The position numbers were made by a program, and so were the translations under genes. Source: Verrucomicrobiota bacterium (GTDB lineage Bacteria > Verrucomicrobiota > Verrucomicrobiia > Methylacidiphilales > JBCBYL01). Taken from it: a DNA stretch of 64,000 nt. Below are positions 9,604 to 18,240 of this stretch, piece after piece (position 1 is the stretch's first letter; every line of letters starts with the position of its first letter). The stretch covers positions 7,089 through 71,088 of the forward strand of contig JBCDJI010000002.1 of NCBI GenBank assembly GCA_038748025.1. Reading direction: 5' to 3'. Under the pieces are notes generated by a model, which did not search any database, was not told where the DNA came from, and saw only the letters and a list, made by a program, of their open reading frames with translations.

Positions 9604-10272
9604 TTACATCGACTCCATCTGGTTTATAGCATCCGCAAATGCACTCGCACCGTTGAGCAGAAGACTGATCGCAATGGATCCCAGGAGAATGACGATGGCA
9701 AACCAGACGGCATTGGGCTGAGGCTTGAAGACACCTGTCTGATTTCTCCAGTGCATAAAGAGGGGATAGAAAATAATCGAGCAACAGAACAACCCGATCA
9801 GCAACAGCGCCGGATGCACTTTGGAATACTGACTTTCCGGAAGCTTTCCGGCATCCACCAACTTTTTCAGTTCTACAAATTCCAGCACAAACATGACCAT
9901 CAGCGCGATGTATCCGATAAATCCGATACAGGGAACCAGGGTAATCGCAACCCCCCAGCAAAGTATGTCACCAAAGTCATATTTGAGTCCCAGATCTGCT
10001 GCTTGGGTTCCTGTAACCGGCGCACCGAAACCAGAAGTGGATGCAGATGTCGGGGAGGAATGGCCTGGAGATGCGGAAGCACTTGGAACCGGTGCCGTGA
10101 CACCCTCGTCTGCACCGCTGAATACCGCTGAAAAAGGCGACCAGTCGGCCATGCCTTCCTTCCAGATCAGCGTATCTGCACTGATTTTGCCTTCTGATAA
10201 CAGGTTTTTAAGTTCAGTCTCCTCAACCGGTCCCGCCTGCTCTCCGTCTGCCGCATAATACCACTGTGCCAT
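9604..10272 (-). CDS. GYF_2 (DUF4339) domain membrane protein
   Basis: QWYYAADGEQAGPV...DTLIWKEGMADW, then a Pro/Ser linker and TM helices. Confidence 0.85.
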   Translation of the reverse strand: MAQWYYAADGEQAGPVEETELKNLLSEGKISADTLIWKEGMADWSPFSAVFSGADEGVTAPVPSASASPGHSSPTSASTSGFGAPVTGTQAADLGLKYDFGDILCWGVAITLVPCIGFIGYIALMVMFVLEFVELKKLVDAGKLPESQYSKVHPALLLIGLFCCSIIFYPLFMHWRNQTGVFKPQPNAVWFAIVILLGSIAISLLLNGASAFADAINQMESM

Positions 10273-10330
10273 GATCTCTCTGGTTTGGGCCAGATTGGTT
10301 TCATGGTCAAGTGGCAAGTCTCTCCAAGAC

Positions 10331-10861
10331 TCATTTTTTAGAAACTGCCTCCAGCAGGAATTCCGGAAAAAAGGGAGCCTCCCGATCCAGTAATTCGCGT
10401 TTCGGCTGTACCAGCGCCATGCTCAAATGCACCAGCCAGAACAGTACCAGAAAACTTGCCAGCAGCTTCCAGCGACGAAATACTGCATTCACCATTGGCA
10501 TAAACCAGGCCAGCGTCCGTCCTCTAATCGCTTCAACCACCCAAACACCGACAAGCATCAGGGCACAGGCAACCACTAACCCTGTCGCCAGGTTCAGATA
10601 CAACGCCTGCATCACCTCCCCATTCAACAGCGCGTGGGTGCCGCGCGTCATCCCACAAAACGGACAAGGCAGCCCAAAGAGTCTCTGTATAACAGGGGTG
10701 CTGAAGGAAAATCCCCCTTCCGCTGGATTCACAAACTTCAGCAACAGTAAACCTGCCGCCATCGCAGCAGCTACTCCCGCACGCCAACTTCGCTGTATAC
10801 CAGTTAGCCACATAGTTTCCGCATGCCTGGAAAAGTCACCCGCTACTTCTTCCTTCTGCAT
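10331..10861 (-). CDS. DUF2752 domain membrane protein
   Basis: FGLPCPFCGMTRGTHALLNG motif. Confidence 0.8.
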   Translation of the reverse strand: MQKEEVAGDFSRHAETMWLTGIQRSWRAGVAAAMAAGLLLLKFVNPAEGGFSFSTPVIQRLFGLPCPFCGMTRGTHALLNGEVMQALYLNLATGLVVACALMLVGVWVVEAIRGRTLAWFMPMVNAVFRRWKLLASFLVLFWLVHLSMALVQPKRELLDREAPFFPEFLLEAVSKK

Positions 10862-10879
10862 TTTTAATTTTTACTTATA

Positions 10880-12595
10880 TCACTCCGCCTGTGAGGCCAG
10901 CCTGCGCTCGGCACGCAGGAGATCATGCAGGGTGAGTAACCCAATCGGAGTTCCTTCTTCCCGGTCCAGCACGACTACCATGCCGCTTTCCGCTTCAATC
11001 AGTGTCAACTGAATATCCTTAATTCGCTGCGTTCGCAGGCAGGTGGAGGCCTGCATCAATTCCGGTGGCCCATTCTCTCTGGCTGCTGTCCGGGCGGCAC
11101 GACGCGTCATGACACCCGCCAGTTTACCGGCTTGAATCACCGGGAAACGGGCGTAATCGTGCTCATCCAGCAGTTGCTTCAAGCCTTCCGGACTCAGATC
11201 ATGCGCCAGGATAATGTCGAACCGAGCGATCGCCGATACCTGATAGTTCTGCCAGGACTTTAAATCCCGCGGAGGAATCATCTGCTCCAGCTTTACCCCA
11301 TCCTGCGTCAGCAACTCCTGATAGAAGTTCTCCTGATTCAACTTGCGTCCGATAAACTGGCTGACCAAAGACCCCAGCATCAAACCCGGAATCAGCGCAA
11401 ATTCATGCGTCATCTCAAACACAATTAAAATCGAAGTCACCGGGGCACGCACCACGGCACCCAGACAAGCACTCATCCCGATTACTGTCAGCATCACATG
11501 CTCATCTTTAGTCATGGGATAGACCTGCTCAATCAACCCGACAAAAAATACCGCACACATCGCCCCGAAAAACAGCGTGGGGGCAAAAATTCCACCACAT
11601 CCGCCGGTTCCGTAACTCATCACCGTTGCCGCCATTTTTGCGACGAGTAAAATTCCCGCCACATACCATAACATGTTATCCGCTACCGCTGACGAAAGAT
11701 CCGTATAGCCCATGCCAAAAACACCCAGATGGCCGAAATAGTAAAAGACCAGCAACGCCAGCACCCAGGTGGAGAAGGCTCCCATGCCCGGCATCATCCA
11801 ATCGGGCACCCTGGCCTGACTCCGGCACGTCGCACGCATTTTCATGGCACTCTTCTGGAAAATGACACCAGTCAGAGCAGCCATCGCCGCTACCAGCGGT
11901 GTGATACAGGTAACCTGCCAGCTCACATGCTCGATTTCAGGCACCACAAATGCCGGATGGTCCCCGATGGTTCCCCGCACCACCAGCGCGCCGATCACTG
12001 AAGCAAAGATCATGGCACCCAGAATCCTGCTGTTCATATCTTCCACCACCTCTTCCAGCACAAACGTCATCGCCGCCAGTGGCGTGTTGAATGCCGCAGC
12101 CAGACCGGCAGCAGCTCCTGCCGCGGCACCCATTCGTCTTGCCTGTTTGGCGACCCCCAGCTTTTCTGCCAGATAAGAAGCAATACCCGCCCCCAGCTGG
12201 ACCGAAGGTCCTTCACGTCCTAAACTGCTGCCACCACCCACACTCAGCACACCCGCAATAAATTTCACCCAGACCACCCGGAACGGGATCGCGCCAAAGT
12301 CTTTCCAGAACGCCAGTTTGACCTGTGGGATTCCGCTGCCTGCCGCCTCCTTGCAGAAATGTGTCAATAACCAGCCGGAAATCAGCGAAGTCGTCATAAT
12401 GATGACAAATGACCAGACAGCAAATTTCTCAAAACTGTATTCCTTAACAGCACCGATGCCGTTATCAAAGAAAGCCCCGATCGCAATATGAAAACAGACA
12501 CCGATCAGTCCTGCCGAGAGTCCGAAGATACACGTGAGCACGACCGACCTGGTATTGGAGGGCAACTGCTGAAGATAACGAGCTACTAAATTCAC
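10880..12595 (-). CDS. ClC family chloride channel / H+-Cl- antiporter with C-terminal CBS domains
   Basis: GSGIP, GREGP, FNTPLAA, FVLEE, GGIFAP motifs; CBS-like C-terminus. Confidence 0.92.
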   Translation of the reverse strand: MNLVARYLQQLPSNTRSVVLTCIFGLSAGLIGVCFHIAIGAFFDNGIGAVKEYSFEKFAVWSFVIIMTTSLISGWLLTHFCKEAAGSGIPQVKLAFWKDFGAIPFRVVWVKFIAGVLSVGGGSSLGREGPSVQLGAGIASYLAEKLGVAKQARRMGAAAGAAAGLAAAFNTPLAAMTFVLEEVVEDMNSRILGAMIFASVIGALVVRGTIGDHPAFVVPEIEHVSWQVTCITPLVAAMAALTGVIFQKSAMKMRATCRSQARVPDWMMPGMGAFSTWVLALLVFYYFGHLGVFGMGYTDLSSAVADNMLWYVAGILLVAKMAATVMSYGTGGCGGIFAPTLFFGAMCAVFFVGLIEQVYPMTKDEHVMLTVIGMSACLGAVVRAPVTSILIVFEMTHEFALIPGLMLGSLVSQFIGRKLNQENFYQELLTQDGVKLEQMIPPRDLKSWQNYQVSAIARFDIILAHDLSPEGLKQLLDEHDYARFPVIQAGKLAGVMTRRAARTAARENGPPELMQASTCLRTQRIKDIQLTLIEAESGMVVVLDREEGTPIGLLTLHDLLRAERRLASQAE

Positions 12596-12698
12596 CGGGG
12601 AAAAGACTTAAATCCTTTTCAGGGAGTTGATCAAGATTCAATCGGTGATATTTTGAGCCTGTTATTATTCTAAGCATAAGACCAAATTATCTAATCCA

Positions 12699-13364
12699 AT
12701 GAAGCAAGAGACGAGCGGGCCATCCGACCACACCTCAGCAGCCAGAAAAGCCAAACTAGCGCTGATTTTGGTCATGGCTGTTTTTGTCGCCATCAACATC
12801 TTTTTCGGCTTTTATCTGCTGCATCAGAAACCTGTCACCTCCAGCGTTTCCTCCGGGAATTTCACAAAGTCCGTGCCGGATTTCAACTTGACCAACCAGG
12901 CGGGCCAACCTTTCAGTCTGGAGGATTTGAAAGGGAAACACTGGGTGGCTGCCTTCTTTTTCACCCGCTGTCCCGGACCCTGCCCCATGATCTCTGCCAA
13001 CCTGGCACAGCTCCACCAGGATTTCACAGACGATGCCAACCTTCATTTCGTATCCTTCAGCATCGACCCCAGCTATGATACACCGGAAGTGCTCAGCCGA
13101 TATGCCAGGAGCTTTTATGCCGACCTGTCACGCTGGACGTTTCTGACTGGAGACCAGGAAGCGATTCATGACCTGTCCATGAACGGTTTTTACTCTGCGG
13201 TGATGGAAACCGATCCGGAAACTGCCCAGGAAGCCGGTCCCTTCATCCATGGAACCCGCATTTACATTGTCGACACTGACAGTAACATTGTTGCTGCTTA
13301 CGACGGCACGACTGCCGAGGGTATCCAGCAGACCAAAAGTAAACTCAAAGAGTTAATCCGGTAG
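12699..13364 (+). CDS. SCO family copper chaperone
   Basis: N-terminal TM, FFTRCPGPCP (CxxxC), SIDPSYDTPEVL, conserved His in FIHG. Confidence 0.92.
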   Translation: MKQETSGPSDHTSAARKAKLALILVMAVFVAINIFFGFYLLHQKPVTSSVSSGNFTKSVPDFNLTNQAGQPFSLEDLKGKHWVAAFFFTRCPGPCPMISANLAQLHQDFTDDANLHFVSFSIDPSYDTPEVLSRYARSFYADLSRWTFLTGDQEAIHDLSMNGFYSAVMETDPETAQEAGPFIHGTRIYIVDTDSNIVAAYDGTTAEGIQQTKSKLKELIR

Positions 13365-13396
13365 GTTACCACGGACTTTTCCACTCTCATTTAAGC

Positions 13397-13816
13397 ATGT
13401 CCTTCACCGATCTTCCCCTCGTGAATGCCATCCTCAACAGCATTACCACTGTTTTGCTGCTGAGTGGGTTTGCGGCCATTAAGTCCGGTAATGAGGACCT
13501 GCACCGGAAAATCATGTCAGCTGCATTGACCACCTCCGCCGTGTTCCTGGCCTGCTACCTCACGCATAAGTTCACCGTTGGCCCCACCCGCTTTGCCGGC
13601 CAGGGCGGCATCCGCTCGCTGTACTTTTTTATTCTGATCACCCATACCATCCTGGCAATCGTGAATCTGCCGATGATTATCTGGACGGTAACACTGGCAA
13701 TACGGGGACGCTTTGAAAAACACAGGATTGTAGCCCGCTGGACCTTCCCGATCTGGCTGTATGTATCTGTAACTGGTGTGTTAGTTTATCTGTTTCTTTA
13801 CCAGTGGTTCGGATAA
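13397..13816 (+). CDS. DUF420 membrane protein (cytochrome oxidase associated)
   Basis: LPLVNAILN, HRKIM, LITHTILA, HRIVARWTFPIWLYVSVTGVLVY. Confidence 0.9.
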   Translation: MSFTDLPLVNAILNSITTVLLLSGFAAIKSGNEDLHRKIMSAALTTSAVFLACYLTHKFTVGPTRFAGQGGIRSLYFFILITHTILAIVNLPMIIWTVTLAIRGRFEKHRIVARWTFPIWLYVSVTGVLVYLFLYQWFG

Positions 13817-13867
13817 TAACCAGTATAACACGCTGCTGCTATACACCTAATCGACGGGATCCGTCCG

Positions 13868-14479
13868 TCAGTCACTCAGCTCAACATTCCAGTATGCCAC
13901 GTCGACAAATGTCTTCCAGGATTCATGCGCCATCCGGTTCATGGAAACATTCAGGAATGCTCGCGGTCGCGGTGCTTTGGGAATCCGCTTGAGCGGCATA
14001 CGCGCCTGTTCGGGTGTCCGGTTGCCTTTACGGGTATTACACTTGATGCAGGAACAGACTACATTATCCCAAGTCGTCTTTCCGCCACGAGAACGCGGCA
14101 CCACGTGGTCGACATTTAATTCCGTGCGGTCAAACTTCTTATTACAATACTGACAGTGAAAATGATCCCGCATGAAAATGTTCTGCCGGGTCAGTTTGAC
14201 TTCTTTGCGCGGGAGTCTATCAAACACCATCAGCACGATGATCTTCGGCACCCGGATCCTGAAATTGAGTGAATGGATAAAGTCCGGACCTTCCTCTTGT
14301 TCCTGCGATAAGTCACGCCACTCTTCAAAACCGAAAGTCTGATAACTACCCTCCGTCGTATCCACCACTTGTGCGTGACCGGAATAGACTAGCGAGAAAG
14401 CTCTGCGCGCGGAGCAGATATTAACCGCTTGCCAAAGCCGATTTAGAACCAAAACCGACGAATCGAGTGCCATATTCAT
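13868..14479 (-). CDS. HNH endonuclease
   Basis: VLVLNRLWQAV N-terminus, RDHFHCQYC, VDHVVPRSRGG, NVVCSCIKCNTRKG. Confidence 0.9.
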   Translation of the reverse strand: MNMALDSSVLVLNRLWQAVNICSARRAFSLVYSGHAQVVDTTEGSYQTFGFEEWRDLSQEQEEGPDFIHSLNFRIRVPKIIVLMVFDRLPRKEVKLTRQNIFMRDHFHCQYCNKKFDRTELNVDHVVPRSRGGKTTWDNVVCSCIKCNTRKGNRTPEQARMPLKRIPKAPRPRAFLNVSMNRMAHESWKTFVDVAYWNVELSD

Positions 14480-14647
14480 AGATACATGTTGCTCTGACGT
14501 GAAATTACTTAACAGAAGTCATGACTGGAGTCAACGTCCCCAAGGAATTCGGCTGCAACTTTACAGTTACAATAAAAAACACCGTAAATCCTTGCTCATG
14601 AACATAGGGGTTGATTTTTTACAGTAAAAGGTGTTAAATTTCGCCCC

Positions 14648-16447
14648 ATGACAATTAAGCGCATTTTTGTCGGCGCCATGGCGGCCGTCTGTCTTTTGAT
14701 CCATGCCGGTTTTTCACAGGAATCTCCGCAGGATCAGTATCTTAAAATTTACCTGCTGATCCAGGAGGCAGACAAGCTGGAAACCGCCGGCCAGAAGGCC
14801 TCTGCTTATGAACGCTACAGAGTCAGTAACCAGCGTCTCAAAGATCTGCAAAACAACTTTCCCAACTGGGAACCGACTATTGTTAAGTTTCGTATTAAAT
14901 ACACCGAAGATAAAGTCACTTCCCTGGCCAATGCAGTCGATGAAAACCCCAGTCAGGTGATTGCCCCGATTCCGAGCGATTTAATTTCCACTCCTCCCCC
15001 CGCTGCGACCGCACCGACACCAGTTCCGACGGAACCTGTCGCGCCGACACTGACCGCATCCCAGCAGCTCGACCAGCAGGCACCGTCTCCGCTGGCAGAG
15101 CCCGGCATGGCCTCCAACCCGACTATCGCGGCACTTTCCACCAATGCAGCACTGGTCAATGCGACTCCGGAAGAAATGAAATCGCGGATCAGCGATCTGG
15201 AAGGTCAGTTAGATATGACACGTGACCAGTTGCAAGCCGCCCGCACGGAAGCAGCTCAATTGCGTTCACGGGTGCAGGATCTGGAAGGTAAGATCAAGAT
15301 TGCCATGGAAGGCACCACCGATGAAAAGATTGCCATGATGATGCAGGAAAACCAGCGGCTTAAAACCGAGCTGACCAAAACTGAAAATATTATCAGCAGT
15401 ATCCAGGGTGACGGATCATTGAACTCCGTTATGAATCTAAAAGAACAAGTTGACAAGATTCAAGGGCAACTTCAGCTGGCAAAACAGGAAAACACCGCAC
15501 TGCGTCAGACCAATGAGGAATATCGCCAGCAACTGGCTGATGTTCAGGCCAAGCTGGATGAGGCGGTCAGTGGCGATCAGATTTCCACACTGCAGCAGGA
15601 AAATGACGTTCTGCGCAATATTGTGAGCCGTCAGCTCAAAGAGCAGGCCCGCCGCGATATTGCCAAGCGCCTGGCACTGGAAGAGCTCGATGCGCTGGCC
15701 ATAGATTCTGCCAAACTCGAAACCCAGCTCGATATCCTGGGCTCACCGCTGGTCAACCTCACTGAAGAAGAAAAAGCCATGCTGCGCCGTCCGACCGCTG
15801 GACTGGTGGTGGAAAGCACCGGTGAAATTTCTGCTGAAATGCCAGGCATGGATGCTGCCATGACAGATGACTTTTCCTCCCGTCCGCGTGTTCCCGGTGA
15901 ATTCAAAGACGTGGCTGAAGAAGCCAACTCCCTTTTCCAGCAGGGCAAGTTCGATGAAGCAGCTGCCAAATATCAAACCATCTTAAACACCTACCCGGAA
16001 TCACTCTACGCGGTATCCAACATTGCCGTCGTGCGTTTCCAGCAGGGCAATTACCCTGTTGCCGAGGAAAATCTGCGTAAAGCGGTCAAACTAGCTCCGC
16101 AGGATGCGTTCTCTCATTCCATTCTGGGTATTGTGCTCTATCAGCAGGGCAAGTTCGATGAAGCGGTGCAGATTCTAAGCCGCGCTTCGGCGCTGGATCC
16201 AAACGATCCGAAAACCCGCAATTATCTCGGGATTGCCGCATCCCAGAAAGGCTGGCAGGAAGCTGCGGAACAGGAGTGCCGCAAGGCCATCGAACTGGAT
16301 CCGCAATACGGTGATGCTCATTTTAACTTGGCCGTAATTTACGCGACGCAAAATCCGCCCGCCAAGGAACTTTCCAGGCGCCATTACAATCGCGCCCTAG
16401 AGCTGGGTGTCCCGCGGGATACTCAACTTGAAGCTCTCTTTCAGTAG
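14648..16447 (+). CDS. Secreted coiled-coil plus TPR-repeat protein
   Basis: Signal peptide, Pro-rich linker, long heptad region, C-terminal TPR repeats (AHFNLAVIY). Confidence 0.8.
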   Translation: MTIKRIFVGAMAAVCLLIHAGFSQESPQDQYLKIYLLIQEADKLETAGQKASAYERYRVSNQRLKDLQNNFPNWEPTIVKFRIKYTEDKVTSLANAVDENPSQVIAPIPSDLISTPPPAATAPTPVPTEPVAPTLTASQQLDQQAPSPLAEPGMASNPTIAALSTNAALVNATPEEMKSRISDLEGQLDMTRDQLQAARTEAAQLRSRVQDLEGKIKIAMEGTTDEKIAMMMQENQRLKTELTKTENIISSIQGDGSLNSVMNLKEQVDKIQGQLQLAKQENTALRQTNEEYRQQLADVQAKLDEAVSGDQISTLQQENDVLRNIVSRQLKEQARRDIAKRLALEELDALAIDSAKLETQLDILGSPLVNLTEEEKAMLRRPTAGLVVESTGEISAEMPGMDAAMTDDFSSRPRVPGEFKDVAEEANSLFQQGKFDEAAAKYQTILNTYPESLYAVSNIAVVRFQQGNYPVAEENLRKAVKLAPQDAFSHSILGIVLYQQGKFDEAVQILSRASALDPNDPKTRNYLGIAASQKGWQEAAEQECRKAIELDPQYGDAHFNLAVIYATQNPPAKELSRRHYNRALELGVPRDTQLEALFQ

Positions 16448-16486
16448 TAATACAGCATTGCGGAAGCCCCGGATCAGTCCGGTTGC

Positions 16487-16525
16487 AAAAAACGCTCCGG
16501 TCATTTCAGCCCGGAGCGTTTTTTT
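16487..16525. terminator. Bidirectional rho-independent terminator
   Basis: AAAAAACGCTCCGG-N10-CCGGAGCGTTTTTTT between convergent genes. Confidence 0.85.
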
Positions 16526-16554
16526 AGCCTAACTAGCATGCAGGCGGTACCCGT

Positions 16555-18240
16555 CTAGGCCTGATCCGGTTTTTCCACCGGAAAAAGTAACTCAATGGTA
16601 GTTCCTCTGCCGATCGAACTACGTAACTGCAGTTTGCCGCCATGTCCTTCCACCGTTTTCTTGACCAGTGGCAGCCCCAGTCCCGTCCCGCCCCGGCGTC
16701 CACTCAGAAAAGGTTCAAACAATGCTTCCCGCACTCTTGGTTCAATACCCTTGCCGGTATCTTTCACGGAAATCGAAACCATTCTGGTCTTTTTCAACAT
16801 TACCTCACGCGCACGCAACGTCAGCAGACCGCCTGGCTCCATCGCCTGACAGGCATTCAATACCAGATTCAGAATCGCCTGCTCAATTTGAGCACGATCC
16901 CCCCAGAACGTAAGATTTGAACCTTCAATTTTGTTGGCCAGACCAATGTTCTGCTCATTGAGTTTCAGCCGCACCAGCAATGAAAGATCTTCGATCAGGT
17001 CTTCCGCGTTCAATTCATCCATTTCCGGCTCTGCCGAGCGCGCAAAAGTGAGAATCTGCTCCAGCACCCGATCCATGTGCTTCAGGCGTTTACTGATCAG
17101 CTGCGCATCCTTGGCATTTCCGGCCGGTAAATCCAGATCTTCCACCATCGAGTGAAACAGCATCTGCACCACCGTCAACGGATTCCGAATCTCATGCGCA
17201 ATTTCCGCTGCCAGCCAACCGAGCGCGGACAAGCGTTCCGCCGCCTTCAAGCGCTCTTCGGCTACTACCACACTTTCCAGCAACTGCGCCTTGGCAATCG
17301 CCACTGAAGACAAGCCGGCCATCGCTGAAAGCAGCCGGATTTCTTCGTTTGCAAAACGATGCAGCTTCGGCGTGTATACACTCAGCACTCCCAGCGCCTT
17401 ATCCTGAAAAACCAGCGGCACGGTGAGTAAGCTGACCAGTCCCTCTTTTCGCGCCAGTTCCGTCTGATGAAACTGCTGGTTCTTCTGGACGTCCAGCACC
17501 GTCATCGGCTTTAGCGTCTTGAGCACTACTCCCACCAGGGATTCATTGATGCGCAGGTTAGGCCGGTCAATATACGCACTGGATGCGCCCGCCCAGGCCT
17601 GGAGTGATAATTCCTCACCATTCTCAGACAACAGCATAATCGAACACAGGCGCGCTTTCATTAACCGCAGGCTATCTTCGGAAACGCGCTGTAATACCTC
17701 CTCCAGCTCATCTTCCGAGACAATGACCTGACCCATATCTACCAGTGTTTCCAGCTGATCCCCTTTGAGTCGCAGTTGGTTGATTTCCCAAGCCAGGCGA
17801 ATCCATTCACTGGCCTGACTGGCCAGTCCCTCCAGTTCTGATTCATGCTGAGCATCAAATGCAGCCATGCGGGTGCTGTCGACATTGAGCACCCCCACCA
17901 CCTGATCCTTGAGTAGTAAAGGTACCGCCATCTCGGAACGGATCTGCGGATTCAGCTCCACATAACGACGCTCCTGCCGCACGTCATTAATACGCGCGGA
18001 TTTTCCTGTGGTAGCAACGTGACCGGTAATTCCTTCCCCCAGTTTCAATTTGGCCTGGCGTGCCATACTCCCCAGACCGTGTGCTACCTCGATATCCAGC
18101 GAACCCGTATTCGGGTTAAGCAACATGAGCGAACCGCTGCTGGCGTCGACCCGCTTGACCGCAACCATCAAGATACGCTGCAAAACCTCCTCCGGATCGA
18201 GCAGGATATCCAGTTTGTCGAGAATCAACTCCTTCATCAA
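16555..18240 (-). CDS. GAF-GAF sensor histidine kinase
   Basis: Two GAF domains, AHEIRNPL H-box, NLVLNA N-box, DTGKG, GTGLGL. Confidence 0.9.
   Translation of the reverse strand: MMKELILDKLDILLDPEEVLQRILMVAVKRVDASSGSLMLLNPNTGSLDIEVAHGLGSMARQAKLKLGEGITGHVATTGKSARINDVRQERRYVELNPQIRSEMAVPLLLKDQVVGVLNVDSTRMAAFDAQHESELEGLASQASEWIRLAWEINQLRLKGDQLETLVDMGQVIVSEDELEEVLQRVSEDSLRLMKARLCSIMLLSENGEELSLQAWAGASSAYIDRPNLRINESLVGVVLKTLKPMTVLDVQKNQQFHQTELARKEGLVSLLTVPLVFQDKALGVLSVYTPKLHRFANEEIRLLSAMAGLSSVAIAKAQLLESVVVAEERLKAAERLSALGWLAAEIAHEIRNPLTVVQMLFHSMVEDLDLPAGNAKDAQLISKRLKHMDRVLEQILTFARSAEPEMDELNAEDLIEDLSLLVRLKLNEQNIGLANKIEGSNLTFWGDRAQIEQAILNLVLNACQAMEPGGLLTLRAREVMLKKTRMVSISVKDTGKGIEPRVREALFEPFLSGRRGGTGLGLPLVKKTVEGHGGKLQLRSSIGRGTTIELLFPVEKPDQA

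Noticed and set aside
13868-14479. HNH nuclease as part of a defence, CRISPR or IscB-like system
   Set aside because: Common stand-alone HNH type; no RuvC motifs, array, methylase or ncRNA-sized gap nearby
14517-14526. 10-bp palindrome AGTCATGACT in the HNH promoter spacer
   Set aside because: Short enough to arise by chance; no second copy seen
15938-16164. 23-bp direct repeat CAGCAGGGCAAGTTCGATGAAGC at 15938 and 16142
   Set aside because: In-frame coding repeat (QQGKFDEA) of TPR units; only two copies, not a CRISPR or att site
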